NCBI GenBank assembly: GCA_035275345.1
Contig: DATEMY010000298.1
Coordinates: 1,290 to 65,289, forward strand
Direction: 5' to 3'
DNA length: 64,000 nt
Source: Blastocatellia bacterium
GTDB lineage: Bacteria > Acidobacteriota > Blastocatellia > RBC074
Shown piece by piece: positions 39,071 through 48,230 of this stretch. The notes under the pieces are model-generated. The model worked only from the letters and a program-made list of their open reading frames with translations. It ran no database searches and had not been told where the DNA came from. Positions within the stretch are counted from its first letter, which is position 1; each line of letters opens with the position of its first letter. The position numbers were made by a program, and so were the translations under genes.

Positions 39071-39383
39071 GGATTTTGATTATCAGACATATATGCGGGA
39101 AACGCCGCCAGACCCGGCGCAGATTCGGCGCGGGACCGCCGCCCGCCAGCAACGCCTGGATGCGGCGCTCAGACGACAGGCGATCCGCATTGACCCGGAT
39201 ATTCTTCAACAGTTCAGCCAACTTGCCTCCGAGGGACAAAGCGCTGAGCAGTTGATCAATCAAGCCTTGCGTCAATGGCTCGCCGCCGATGGAATCAGAG
39301 AAATGGTACGCGCCGAAATTCAACTGGCCGTCCGGCAATCGCTGTCCGCTACTCAGCCTACCCAGGAATCGCCGCCAGCTTAA
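39051..39383 (+). CDS. brnA: BrnA-like antitoxin
   Basis: The start overlaps the brnT 3' end by 20 nt. The C-terminal IRIDPDILQQFSQLASEGQSAEQLINQALRQWL fits the BrnA pattern as I recall it. Confidence 0.68.
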   Translation: MNTMEDEDFDYQTYMRETPPDPAQIRRGTAARQQRLDAALRRQAIRIDPDILQQFSQLASEGQSAEQLINQALRQWLAADGIREMVRAEIQLAVRQSLSATQPTQESPPA

Positions 39384-39399
39384 CCGCCAACGATTGATG

Positions 39400-39782
39400 T
39401 CGAGCAATCGAGGCAGGCGAAGACCTAGGCGGCGCTGGTCCGCGACTTGAAACGGCGTGGGTTGCTGGACTAGACGCTGGTCATCTGGGCCGGCGAATTC
39501 GGGCGCACGCCGGTCAGCGAGAGCGGCGACGGACGCGACCACAATCCTTACGGCTATTCGATCTGGATAGCCGGCGGCGGCATCAAGGCCGGATTCGTCT
39601 ACGGCGCCACGGACGACATCGGCTACCACGCCGTCGAAGACCGCATGCACATCCACGATTTCCACGCGACCGTGCTGCATCTGTTGGGATTGGATCACGA
39701 GCGTTTGACTTACTGATACGGCGGGCGCGATTTCCGGCTGACTGACGTGGCCGGATTCGTGGCGAATAAGATTATTGCCTGA
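39400..39782 (+). pseudogene. degraded duplicate of the DUF1501 C-terminus
   Basis: Segment 39474-39782 aligns by eye to 38408-38716 at roughly 85-90% identity. Two in-frame stops are present: gac-tag at about 39469 and tac-tga at about 39711. Confidence 0.85.
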
Positions 39783-40017
39783 CTGCCTTTAGTGTGTGAG
39801 GCTGAAGTCTTGAATTGAACCAGCCACACTGCTTGGTAGCGGAAAGCAGCTTCTGTCTAATGGCGGGAAGAAGGCTCTACCTACTATTAGGTGAAAATGG
39901 TTACTATCGGGAAGCGATGTCAAGTAGTGGCCATCTTAGTCACCAGCATATCTGTGGCTGGGGAGGCATAAGGAGATCACAAGGCAGAATCTATTCTAAT
40001 CAACATCGAACTAAGCT

Positions 40018-40410
40018 ATGAAGGTTGAGATAACAGACAAGGATACGTGCGATATATTTATAGTGGATGATGAGCCTGTTATAGTAGACCTTATTTGTTA
40101 TTTGCTTCGAGAATACTTTCCTTCAATTCGGATCGAATTCGCGTTTAATGGCCAAGATGCCTACACGAGAATGGAGAAGATTAAACCTAAAATCGTTTTG
40201 ACAGATTTGGCAATGCCCGTGATGAACGGTTGGGATCTAATTAAGATCATCAAACTAGATCCTAATCTGAAAGAAACTAAGATTGTTGTTTTAAGCGCAC
40301 ATAGCCGTAGTGAAGATAGAATAAAAGGCATGCAGTTGGGTGCGGATCGGTATCTTTGTAAGCCATGTGAACCAGAGGAGATATTCGTTGCCATTCGACA
40401 ATTGTTATAA
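40018..40410 (+). CDS. stand-alone CheY-like response-regulator receiver domain
   Basis: 130 aa with an acidic pocket (VDDE), phospho-acceptor (VLTDLAMP), VLSAH and CKP. Codon usage is AT-rich. Confidence 0.9.
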   Translation: MKVEITDKDTCDIFIVDDEPVIVDLICYLLREYFPSIRIEFAFNGQDAYTRMEKIKPKIVLTDLAMPVMNGWDLIKIIKLDPNLKETKIVVLSAHSRSEDRIKGMQLGADRYLCKPCEPEEIFVAIRQLL

Positions 40411-40454
40411 ATTCGAGTGCTAATTCTGAGACCCGCAAACTGAGTTAAAACACT

Positions 40455-41672
40455 ATGTCGCAGCCAAGCATACTAATTGTTTTTAGCAATCCTGAAGACT
40501 CGGGGCGATTAAGACTTGATCGAGAACAAAGGATTCTGGACGAGATACAACGAAAATATAATACTAAAGACACGATTCGTATTTTGTCAGCAGCCACGAT
40601 CGAGGACCTTATTAACTCATTAAGACAACCTTTCCTTCGGATTGTTCACTTCTCTGGGCATGGCTCTCCACATGGTGTTTATTTTGAGGCATCTCCTACC
40701 TCAGGCACGGGGGTTGAATTGGCTTCAGATAAACTTGCAGGACTTATCAACTCACATGCTCCTCAGGTGGAGGCTCTAATACTTGCATCTTGTTATTCTG
40801 CTGACAGCAATCTTGTTTTAAGGCAAGCCGCCCCTTACGTCATTACTGTTGAAGGGCCAGCAGATGATAACGCAGCTATCAAATTTACAAAATCCTTCTA
40901 CGAGAATTTTTTCGAGTCGCAATCTGTAGAAATATCATTGACAAGAACGCAAATTGAACTACAAAGTCTCGAGTTAGACGAGGGATTGCAAATATATGTG
41001 ACGCGCCGAGGAGAGTATTTATCGAAAGACCGTGTGACACTTCAATCAATCAAGCGCACTTTTGATGAAGAAACGTTCCTTATTGATGTAACAGATATAA
41101 ATGATCAAATTGACAAGCTAGACATGCCTAAGGGTAAATTTCTTTCTTTACTTGCTAACAAAATATACATTCACAAGTGGCTTTATTATAGCTCGTTTGA
41201 TATGGAATATGCTGTTTTCCCCATCGGCAAGTATTTCGCCATATTTTCTTGGAAGCATGGCATGGATCTACTTGTATGTCGTCGTATACTGCGATTGAAA
41301 GAAAAAGTGCCTGATGAGCAGTGTGACCTGTGGATGCGATTAAGTTTCCGATATTGTCAATTATTTTCCTTGCAATATCGTAGAGAGCGGCAAGCCATCT
41401 ATCCAGGCATAAACAAGAAGCTAGAGTTTGCAATCCGGCAATTTGGTAGTTGCGTAACTAGCTTTTTTGAGAATCGGGAATCTTTGTCGCACCTTAAGAA
41501 CATAATTCCAGAGCAAATCAAAATGGCGGTCCCTCTTTTAATTGAAAACTATAATGCTGCCCAAGAATCTTTACACCAAGAGGATTACTCTCAAGTGATC
41601 GTCCACCTTGAAACGACGCTATCGTTGATTCATGGCATTTTGGATGGCCTGGTTGATGAATTAGCAGCTTGA
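40455..41672 (+). CDS. CHAT (caspase-like) domain protein with an uncharacterised C-terminal half
   Basis: 405 aa. The N-terminal 175 aa read ILIVFSNPEDSGRLRLDREQRIL...IVHFSGHG (His)...ALILASCYSA (Cys)...DDNAAIKFTKSFYENF. I recognise no motif in the remaining 230 aa. Confidence 0.7.
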   Translation: MSQPSILIVFSNPEDSGRLRLDREQRILDEIQRKYNTKDTIRILSAATIEDLINSLRQPFLRIVHFSGHGSPHGVYFEASPTSGTGVELASDKLAGLINSHAPQVEALILASCYSADSNLVLRQAAPYVITVEGPADDNAAIKFTKSFYENFFESQSVEISLTRTQIELQSLELDEGLQIYVTRRGEYLSKDRVTLQSIKRTFDEETFLIDVTDINDQIDKLDMPKGKFLSLLANKIYIHKWLYYSSFDMEYAVFPIGKYFAIFSWKHGMDLLVCRRILRLKEKVPDEQCDLWMRLSFRYCQLFSLQYRRERQAIYPGINKKLEFAIRQFGSCVTSFFENRESLSHLKNIIPEQIKMAVPLLIENYNAAQESLHQEDYSQVIVHLETTLSLIHGILDGLVDELAA

Positions 41673-41684
41673 TCTTGAGTAAAC

Positions 41685-42578
41685 ATGATCACACATGTCA
41701 CATCACGCCGCGCCTTCCTGTTCACTTCAATAGGATTGGCAGCAACAAAGATCATACGCCCGCAGGCCGCGCAGACACTCACCGCCGGGCAAGTGATCGA
41801 CCGCATCAAAGCACACGTCGGCATTCCGTGGCGCGCGCAGACCGTTGATAACATCATTGCCGGCTCGGCTGAGACGCCAGTCAAAGGGATTGCGACGACG
41901 ATGATGGCGACGCTCGATGTGGTTCGGCGCGCGGCCGCGAGCGGGAAGAATATGGTGATCACACACGAGTCAACCTTCTTCTCGCATCAGGATCGGACCG
42001 AGCAACTCCTGCAGGATCCCACCTACCAGTTCAAGCTCGATTACCTCAACCAGAACAACATGGTCGTGTTCCACTTCCACGATCATTGGCACGGACGAAA
42101 GCCGGACGGAATCGCCGTTGGGATGATGCGCGAATTGGGTTGGGAGAAATACGCCGACCCGCAAAATCCGAAAAGTTTTACGTTTCCCGAAATCCCGCTG
42201 GCGCAACTGGCCAGGGAGATGGAGACGAAGCTGAAGATTCGTACGATGCGTGTGGTGGGCGATCCGAAGCTGCCGGTCAAGCGAGCGCTGGCGAGCTGGG
42301 GCAATGTGGGCCAAATGCCAGGCATCCCGTTTTTTGCGCGGACCGAAGTTGACGTTCTTGTGATAGGGGAGACGCATGAATGGGAATTGGTCGAGTATGC
42401 GCAGGACGCGATAGCGTCGGGCAAAAAGAAGGCTCTGATCATACTGGGCCACGTAGTGTCAGAGCAGGCTGGGATGAAATATTGCGCCGAATGGCTCAAG
42501 GAGTTTATCAAAGAGGTTCCGATCGAGTTCATCGCGGCGGCGGAACCGTTCTGGCGTCCCGACAAGCCCGTACGATGA
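41685..42578 (+). CDS. Nif3-like dinuclear-metal-centre family protein with Tat-type signal
   Basis: Has TSRRAFLF and His clusters [11 protein letters not shown] and FHFHDHWH. Size and layout fit the NIF3 family. Confidence 0.7.
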   Translation: MITHVTSRRAFLFTSIGLAATKIIRPQAAQTLTAGQVIDRIKAHVGIPWRAQTVDNIIAGSAETPVKGIATTMMATLDVVRRAAASGKNMVITHESTFFSHQDRTEQLLQDPTYQFKLDYLNQNNMVVFHFHDHWHGRKPDGIAVGMMRELGWEKYADPQNPKSFTFPEIPLAQLAREMETKLKIRTMRVVGDPKLPVKRALASWGNVGQMPGIPFFARTEVDVLVIGETHEWELVEYAQDAIASGKKKALIILGHVVSEQAGMKYCAEWLKEFIKEVPIEFIAAAEPFWRPDKPVR

Positions 42579-42724
42579 ACTCGCGCCGCAAGACGGGGAA
42601 TGCCAAAACTCTTCCCACGAATATTTTTTCACCGCTTGATCCTTTTTTACCTTTGGTTACGCGTGATGAGAAGGGGGCAATTACTAAACGTCCCTCGAAA
42701 ACTTTAACCAAGAAGGAAAATGAC

Positions 42725-43459
42725 ATGAACACCAAAGTGACCGAAATTGCCCCATCTGTGTACCGAATCTCCACGTTTCATCCTGACTTCGGCATACAAT
42801 TCAACCAATTCCTTATTAAAGATGACGAGCCATTCCTGATGCACACGGGATTCAGGAAGATGTTCTCCATCACGTTTGAAGCTGTCTCTTCCATCATCGA
42901 TCCATCGAAGCTACGATGGATCGGGTTCAGTCACTTCGAGTCTGACGAATGCGGGGCCTTGAACGAATGGCTGGGGATTGCGCCACACGCGCAGGCTGTG
43001 TGTAGTTTCGTCGGCGCGACGGTGACGGTGGATGATTTCGCCGACCGCCCGGCTCGCGCGCTCAGCGATAATGAGACGCTCGAAATTGGGAGTCATCGTC
43101 TTCGGTTTCTAGCGACGCCTCATGTCCCGCATTCCTGGGACGCGGGGCTTTTCTTCGAGGAGAATGACCGGACGCTTCTGTGTTCCGATCTGTTCTTTCA
43201 TCCCGGAGATCCCGAGCCGATGATCGAGTCGGGCGTCGTGGAACGCGCGCGTGAATCCATCATCGCGGGCATGGCTGGGCCTCTGGCGAAGGACATGCCT
43301 TATACGCCTTATACGGATAGCGCGCTTCAACGGCTCGCCGCGCTTGAACCGCAGACTCTCGCGTTGATGCATGGGTCGAGCTTCCGGGGCGACGGTCGCG
43401 CGGCGATTATAAGTCTTGCGGAGATAATCAGGGAGATGATAGGTAAGCCCCAGTCTTGA
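42725..43459 (+). CDS. MBL-fold metallo-hydrolase-like protein
   Basis: Reads FLMHTGF...[12 protein letters not shown]...[12 protein letters not shown] 42725 follows AAGGAA. The upstream ORF part (from 42380) overlaps the Nif3-like gene. Confidence 0.7.
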   Translation: MNTKVTEIAPSVYRISTFHPDFGIQFNQFLIKDDEPFLMHTGFRKMFSITFEAVSSIIDPSKLRWIGFSHFESDECGALNEWLGIAPHAQAVCSFVGATVTVDDFADRPARALSDNETLEIGSHRLRFLATPHVPHSWDAGLFFEENDRTLLCSDLFFHPGDPEPMIESGVVERARESIIAGMAGPLAKDMPYTPYTDSALQRLAALEPQTLALMHGSSFRGDGRAAIISLAEIIREMIGKPQS

Positions 43460-43612
43460 GTTGGACTCAGAGTGGAATCCAGGCGCGAAAGATGGTTTTC
43501 CTGGAGAGTTGGGATGAAGACAATAGGGGACGTAAACTGTATCGGGCCAGAGTCAACGGCTGAGTATTAATTGTTACCGTAAGAATTGCAGTCTGATAAG
43601 AGGAATTAGCCC

Positions 43613-44149
43613 ATGTTTTGCCCGACCTGCGGTAAGGAAAATTCACTCGGACGGAAGTTTTGTGCGGCCTGCGGAACTAATCTTGAGGCTGTCTCCCAGG
43701 CATTGTCTGGAAGCAAAACCGACTTTTTTACCAAGATCGATACGGCGTTGGATCAATTGATAGCGAAGTATGCTGAGCATGTCTTCAAAGATGCGCCAGC
43801 AAATACCGTTGATGCGAAAGTAAGCAAATCTTGGAAGCTTCTTGGTCAGGGCGTGCTGGCTTCGTGGATGGACATAATCCTTTTCAGTCTGATGTGGAAC
43901 ATTTTTCCGCTTAGATTCATGATTCTACTGATCTCCTCGCCTATCAGGCTGCTCTACGAGCGAAGCAATCGTCAGAAGACCATAAAAGCGGAGATTGAAG
44001 GACAAGCAGAGCTTAAACTGCTCGCCTCGGAGACAAACGATATGCTACCTAAATCGGTGTCAAGTATTAGTGAGCATACGACTGAGAGGCTGCAAGAGTA
44101 TCGGCGCCAAGAGCAAATGCAGGTTGCGGAACCGAAGACTCCGAAATAG
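43613..44149 (+). CDS. zinc-ribbon membrane protein
   Basis: Has an N-terminal CPTCGKEN...CAACGTNL zinc ribbon followed by TM segments. Confidence 0.6.
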   Translation: MFCPTCGKENSLGRKFCAACGTNLEAVSQALSGSKTDFFTKIDTALDQLIAKYAEHVFKDAPANTVDAKVSKSWKLLGQGVLASWMDIILFSLMWNIFPLRFMILLISSPIRLLYERSNRQKTIKAEIEGQAELKLLASETNDMLPKSVSSISEHTTERLQEYRRQEQMQVAEPKTPK

Positions 44150-44167
44150 CTTTGCTGAAAGTAGGCT

Positions 44168-45400
44168 ATGGGCCAGTCCAAGCAGGGAATACGCCAAATC
44201 CGGGCTACCTGTTGCGTTGTCGGCGGCGGGCCATCTGGAATGATGCTTGGGCTGCTGCTCGCCCGCGCTGGCGTCGAAGTAATCGTGCTCGAAAAGCACG
44301 CGGACTTCTTCCGCGATTTTCGTGGCGACACCATCCATCCCTCCACGTTGGAGCTGATGCATGAGCTGGGGATGCTCGATGAATTCCTGCGGCTGCCGCA
44401 TCAGGAACTGCGCCGGGTGAAGATCAAGTTCGAGGACGAGGAGATCGCCGGTCCCGACTTTTCGCATCTGCCGACGCGGTGCAAATACATCGCCATGATG
44501 CCGCAATGGGATTTCCTGAACTTCCTCACGACGCAGGCGAAGCGTTACCCGACATTCCAACTGCTGATGAAGGCCGAGGCCACCGGGCTGATAGAGGATG
44601 GTGAGCGGATTGTCGGCGTGAGAGCGAAGACGGAACAGGGCGAATTGGATGTGAGGGCCGATCTGGTCGTAGGCGCCGACGGGCGGGATTCTCTTCTGCG
44701 TGAGCGAGCCGGAATGGAGGTCGAGGATTTTGGCGTGCCCATTGACGTGTTGTGGTTTCGAATCGCGAAGAGCGCAGAGGATGCCGAACCGGCGTTGGGA
44801 CGGATCAGGGACGGGAAGATGATGGTCACAATCAATCGTGGGGATTATTACCAATGCGGCTACATCATTCGCAAAGGCGCTTTTGAAGGGATCAAGCGGA
44901 GAGGGCTGGAGGCGTTCCGCGATGAGATTGTGGGCGTCGCGCCCTTTCTGAGAGATACGGCGCCCGAGATTGATGATTGGGATAAAGTCAAACTGCTGAC
45001 CGTGCAAGTGAACCGTCTTCTCCAATGGTATCGACCGGGGCTATTGTTCATCGGCGACGCCGCGCATGCGATGTCTCCCGCGGGCGGCGTTGGCATCAAT
45101 CTGGCGATACAGGATGCGGTGGCGTCGTCCAACCTGCTCGCTGACAAACTCCGCCGGGGGAATTGCGGGACCAATGATCTCCGCCTGGTGCAGCAAAGGC
45201 GGGAGTGGCCGGCGCGCATGACCCAGGCGATTCAGATCTTTATTCATCGCCGCATGTTCGGGTCGAGGTCCGATCCGGGCAGGGCTCTCTCTTTCCCGTG
45301 GCCAGCGCGAACGCTTCTCTGGTTATTGACTCCTCTGTTGCGCCGCGTCGCTGCGCGTGTGATCGGTATCGGATTTCGCGCGGAACACATACGCGGTTAA
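44168..45400 (+). CDS. FAD-dependent monooxygenase (UbiH/aromatic hydroxylase family)
   Basis: Motifs VVGGGPSGMMLGLLLARAGVEVIVLEK, GADGRDS and GDAAHAMSPAGGVGINLAIQDA are present. Confidence 0.85.
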   Translation: MGQSKQGIRQIRATCCVVGGGPSGMMLGLLLARAGVEVIVLEKHADFFRDFRGDTIHPSTLELMHELGMLDEFLRLPHQELRRVKIKFEDEEIAGPDFSHLPTRCKYIAMMPQWDFLNFLTTQAKRYPTFQLLMKAEATGLIEDGERIVGVRAKTEQGELDVRADLVVGADGRDSLLRERAGMEVEDFGVPIDVLWFRIAKSAEDAEPALGRIRDGKMMVTINRGDYYQCGYIIRKGAFEGIKRRGLEAFRDEIVGVAPFLRDTAPEIDDWDKVKLLTVQVNRLLQWYRPGLLFIGDAAHAMSPAGGVGINLAIQDAVASSNLLADKLRRGNCGTNDLRLVQQRREWPARMTQAIQIFIHRRMFGSRSDPGRALSFPWPARTLLWLLTPLLRRVAARVIGIGFRAEHIRG

Positions 45401-45406
45401 CCGGCT

Positions 45407-46141
45407 GTGGATCATCCTCTTCGGATAGTGGCGGTTGTTTTTGAGCTGTTGGGGCCGCAATTTCCCGGCGTCACCGACACATACCTGGGCCGCGCGCTGA
45501 TGCATTCCGATGAAGTCACGCTGGCGGAGATGCTTTCGTCAGCGGGTTACGCGACCGGCATCTTCGGCAAATGGCATCTGGGCGATAATCATCCGATGCG
45601 CCCGATTGATCAGGGCTTTCATCAATCGCTGACGCTCAACGGCGGCGGCATCGGGCAGCCTTCCGACCCTCCGGGCGGCGAAAGCTATTTCGACCCGATC
45701 CTGTTTCGTAACGGCGAGCCCGAAAAGACGAAGGGATACGTCGAAGTGACTGGCAGGCGTGATTACTCCGACAACGGCGTGTCGCGGATCTTCATCGGCT
45801 CGCCGCGGGAAGACGTATCGCGATTGACGCGGCAGGATTGGCGTGGGCCGCAGGCCGGATGGACGCCACAGAGCGTCGGGTATTGGGAGGTCAATGTCGC
45901 CCACGCGGGCGCGTACCGAATTTCAGCGCGATTGAATAAACTTGACAAGGCCGCCGTTGCGCGGTTTTCATCTGGCGGGTTGTCGTTTCAAAAAGATATC
46001 TCGGCAGGCGCCGAGCGGGTTGTGTTTGACGATGTTCGATTGCCCCGAGGCGCCAGGCGGATCGAATGTTTCGTTGAACAGGGCGGCGTGAAGACCGGCG
46101 TACGCGACCTCGAAGTTAAAAGGATAGAGGCGGGAAAGTGA
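45407..46141 (+). pseudogene. sulfatase remnant (N-terminus and central part missing)
   Basis: Retains [51 protein letters not shown]. It has no CxPxR active-site region and jumps to a C-terminal domain. It starts 7 nt after the upstream stop. Confidence 0.55.
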
Positions 46142-46160
46142 AGCCATCGTGAGTATGTAA

Positions 46161-46373
46161 AACGCGTACATTCCTTTTCTAGAGGTCTTGCCGGCATATC
46201 AAGGCCAGGGTGTGGGAAAAGAGCTGGTCAGAAGGATGTTGGAAAGGTTGAGTGATTTGTACGCCGTTGATTTACTATGTGATCCGGAATTACAGTCTTT
46301 CTACGCGAGCTTGGGGATGTGGCAAGCTCACGGAATGATGATTCGTAACTACGAGCGCCAGACAGGCAAGTAG
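46161..46373 (+). pseudogene. C-terminal fragment of a GNAT acetyltransferase
   Basis: The frame opens just after TAA 46158. It reads NAYIPFLEVLPAYQGQGVGKELVRRMLERL (acetyl-CoA loop), and no N-terminal half is present. Confidence 0.55.
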
Positions 46374-46558
46374 CGCTTCAGGTAGCTGTGAGCAACAGGT
46401 AATTATCCACAAAGTGACACGAAGGGGCGCAGGGATTTTACTTCCTTTGTGATTTTTCGGGTTCTTTGTGGACGGTTTTTCCGCAGGAATAGTGAAAACT
46501 TTTGGCGCCGCGGGGCGCGGCGCGGAGTTCGGGTCATAACGAAGTGACAAGCAAATAC

Positions 46559-48094
46559 ATGGTGAAAACAATGAAACGATTTCTAAGAAGTTTTCTGGTG
46601 TCATTCGGCGCGCTCTTGACCGTCACGGCCAATGTTGCAACGGCAGTGTACGCCGATATCAAACTACCCTCGATCATCTCTGAGGGCATGGTTTTGCAAC
46701 AGGGAATCAATGTGCCGCTGTGGGGCTGGGCAGATGAAGGAGAATCGGTCGCCATTGAATTTCAGGGCCAGAAATTCACCACAATGGCGAAAGGTGGCAA
46801 ATGGATGGTTCGACTGAAGCCGCTCAAAGCGGGCGGCCCGTTTACTCTCAGCTTGAGCGGCAAAAACAGAATCGAATTTAAGAATGTGCTGGTCGGCGAG
46901 GTCTGGATCTGCGGTGGTCAATCGAACATGGGGTGGCGGCTCAACCAGTCCGACAACGCCGACGCCGAGATCGCGAGCGCGAAATACCCTATGATCCGGC
47001 TCTTCAGCGTGCCGCGCGCGGAAGTTGACACGCCAGTGATCGACGTGAAGGCCGAATGGAAAGAATGCTCACCGGAGACCGCCGCTACATTTTCAGCCGT
47101 CGGCTATTATTTCGGACGCGACTTGCACAAAGCGCGCAACGTGCCGATCGGTTTGATCAACAACGCCGTCGGCGGCTCGCCCGCGGAATCGTGGATGAGC
47201 GCCGTGGTTCTCGACGCCGACACCGAGTACAAACAGTTCAACCCGGATTACCAGAAACGGATGGAACTGTACGAGAAGGCGATGGAGAAGCAGAGGGAAG
47301 ACGCCGAGAAGGCGAAGGCCGAAAACAAGCCTGCGCCGCGCGCCCCTGGCAAACCGTGGATGCCATCGGGGTTGTATAACGGGATGCTCGCGCCGCTTGC
47401 TCCTTATGGGATCAGAGGCGCGATCTGGTATCAGGGTGAATCCAACGCCGGGCGCGCTTATCAATATCGTCGTTTATTCCCGACGATGATCACCAACTGG
47501 CGCGCGCTTTGGGGGCAGGGGGACTTCCCGTTCCTGTTTGTGCAGCTTGCGGCGTTCGGCCCCAATTCGCCGAAGCTTGGCGAAAGCGATTGGGCTGAGC
47601 TGCGCGAGGCGCAGTTGATGACGCTCAGCGCTTTGCCGAAGACCGGGATGTCCCTGGCGATTGATGTCGGGACTTATGACGACATTCATCCTCGAAATAA
47701 GCAGCCGGTCGGATCGCGTCTTGCCCTGAGCGCGCGCGCCATAGCCTACGGCGAGAAGATCGTTCACTCCGGCCCGGTCTATCAATCAATGAAGGTTGAA
47801 GGCGGTAAGGTCTCACTCAACTTTAACCACATCGGCGGCGGTTTGGAAGCGCGCGGCGGCGAGCTGAAAGGCTTCATCATCGCCGGTGATGACAAGGTCT
47901 GGCGCGAAGCGAAGGCCGAGATCAAAGGCGATCACGTGATTGTGTCCAGCGCCGAAGTGACGAATCCAGTAGCCGTGCGCTACGCCTGGATGAAATTCCC
48001 GACCTGCAATCTGTACAACAAAGAAGGGCTGCCCGCCACGCCGTTCAGGACCGATGATTGGCCGGGCGTCACGCAAACGAAGGTGGCCCCATAG
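46559..48094 (+). CDS. sialate O-acetylesterase-like (SASA/DUF303) carbohydrate esterase
   Basis: Has a signal peptide and the [10 protein letters not shown] catalytic motif. The start is 46559 or 46571. Confidence 0.82.
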   Translation: MVKTMKRFLRSFLVSFGALLTVTANVATAVYADIKLPSIISEGMVLQQGINVPLWGWADEGESVAIEFQGQKFTTMAKGGKWMVRLKPLKAGGPFTLSLSGKNRIEFKNVLVGEVWICGGQSNMGWRLNQSDNADAEIASAKYPMIRLFSVPRAEVDTPVIDVKAEWKECSPETAATFSAVGYYFGRDLHKARNVPIGLINNAVGGSPAESWMSAVVLDADTEYKQFNPDYQKRMELYEKAMEKQREDAEKAKAENKPAPRAPGKPWMPSGLYNGMLAPLAPYGIRGAIWYQGESNAGRAYQYRRLFPTMITNWRALWGQGDFPFLFVQLAAFGPNSPKLGESDWAELREAQLMTLSALPKTGMSLAIDVGTYDDIHPRNKQPVGSRLALSARAIAYGEKIVHSGPVYQSMKVEGGKVSLNFNHIGGGLEARGGELKGFIIAGDDKVWREAKAEIKGDHVIVSSAEVTNPVAVRYAWMKFPTCNLYNKEGLPATPFRTDDWPGVTQTKVAP

Positions 48095-48114
48095 CTGGCC
48101 AAACCCGGTTTTTA

Positions 48115-48199
48115 AACACAAAGGGTCAAAGGGACAAAGGGACAGAGATTTACTTTAGAAGTATTTCTTCGACCCTTTGACCCTTTGACCCTTCGTGTT
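48115..48199. repeat. hairpin with 8-nt periodic arms (AAAGGGTC / GACCCTTT)
   Basis: aacacaaagggtcaaagggacaaagggac (48115-48143) faces gaccctttgaccctttgacccttcgtgtt (48171-48199), with 3 mismatches. Confidence 0.88.
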
Positions 48200-48230
48200 G
48201 ATAAGATAGCTCGGAGAGGTATCCAACGAA

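Noticed and set aside
39018-39698. A 226-aa minus-strand ORF spanning brnA and the DUF1501 fragment.
   Set aside because: It is the antisense shadow of the brnA gene and of the DUF1501-derived sequence. The plus-strand reading gives clear homology.
42380-42724. A long N-terminal extension of the MBL-fold ORF.
   Set aside because: It overlaps the 3' end of the Nif3-like gene in another frame and is Arg/Gly-rich. ATG 42725 has an SD sequence and gives a typical MBL N-terminus.
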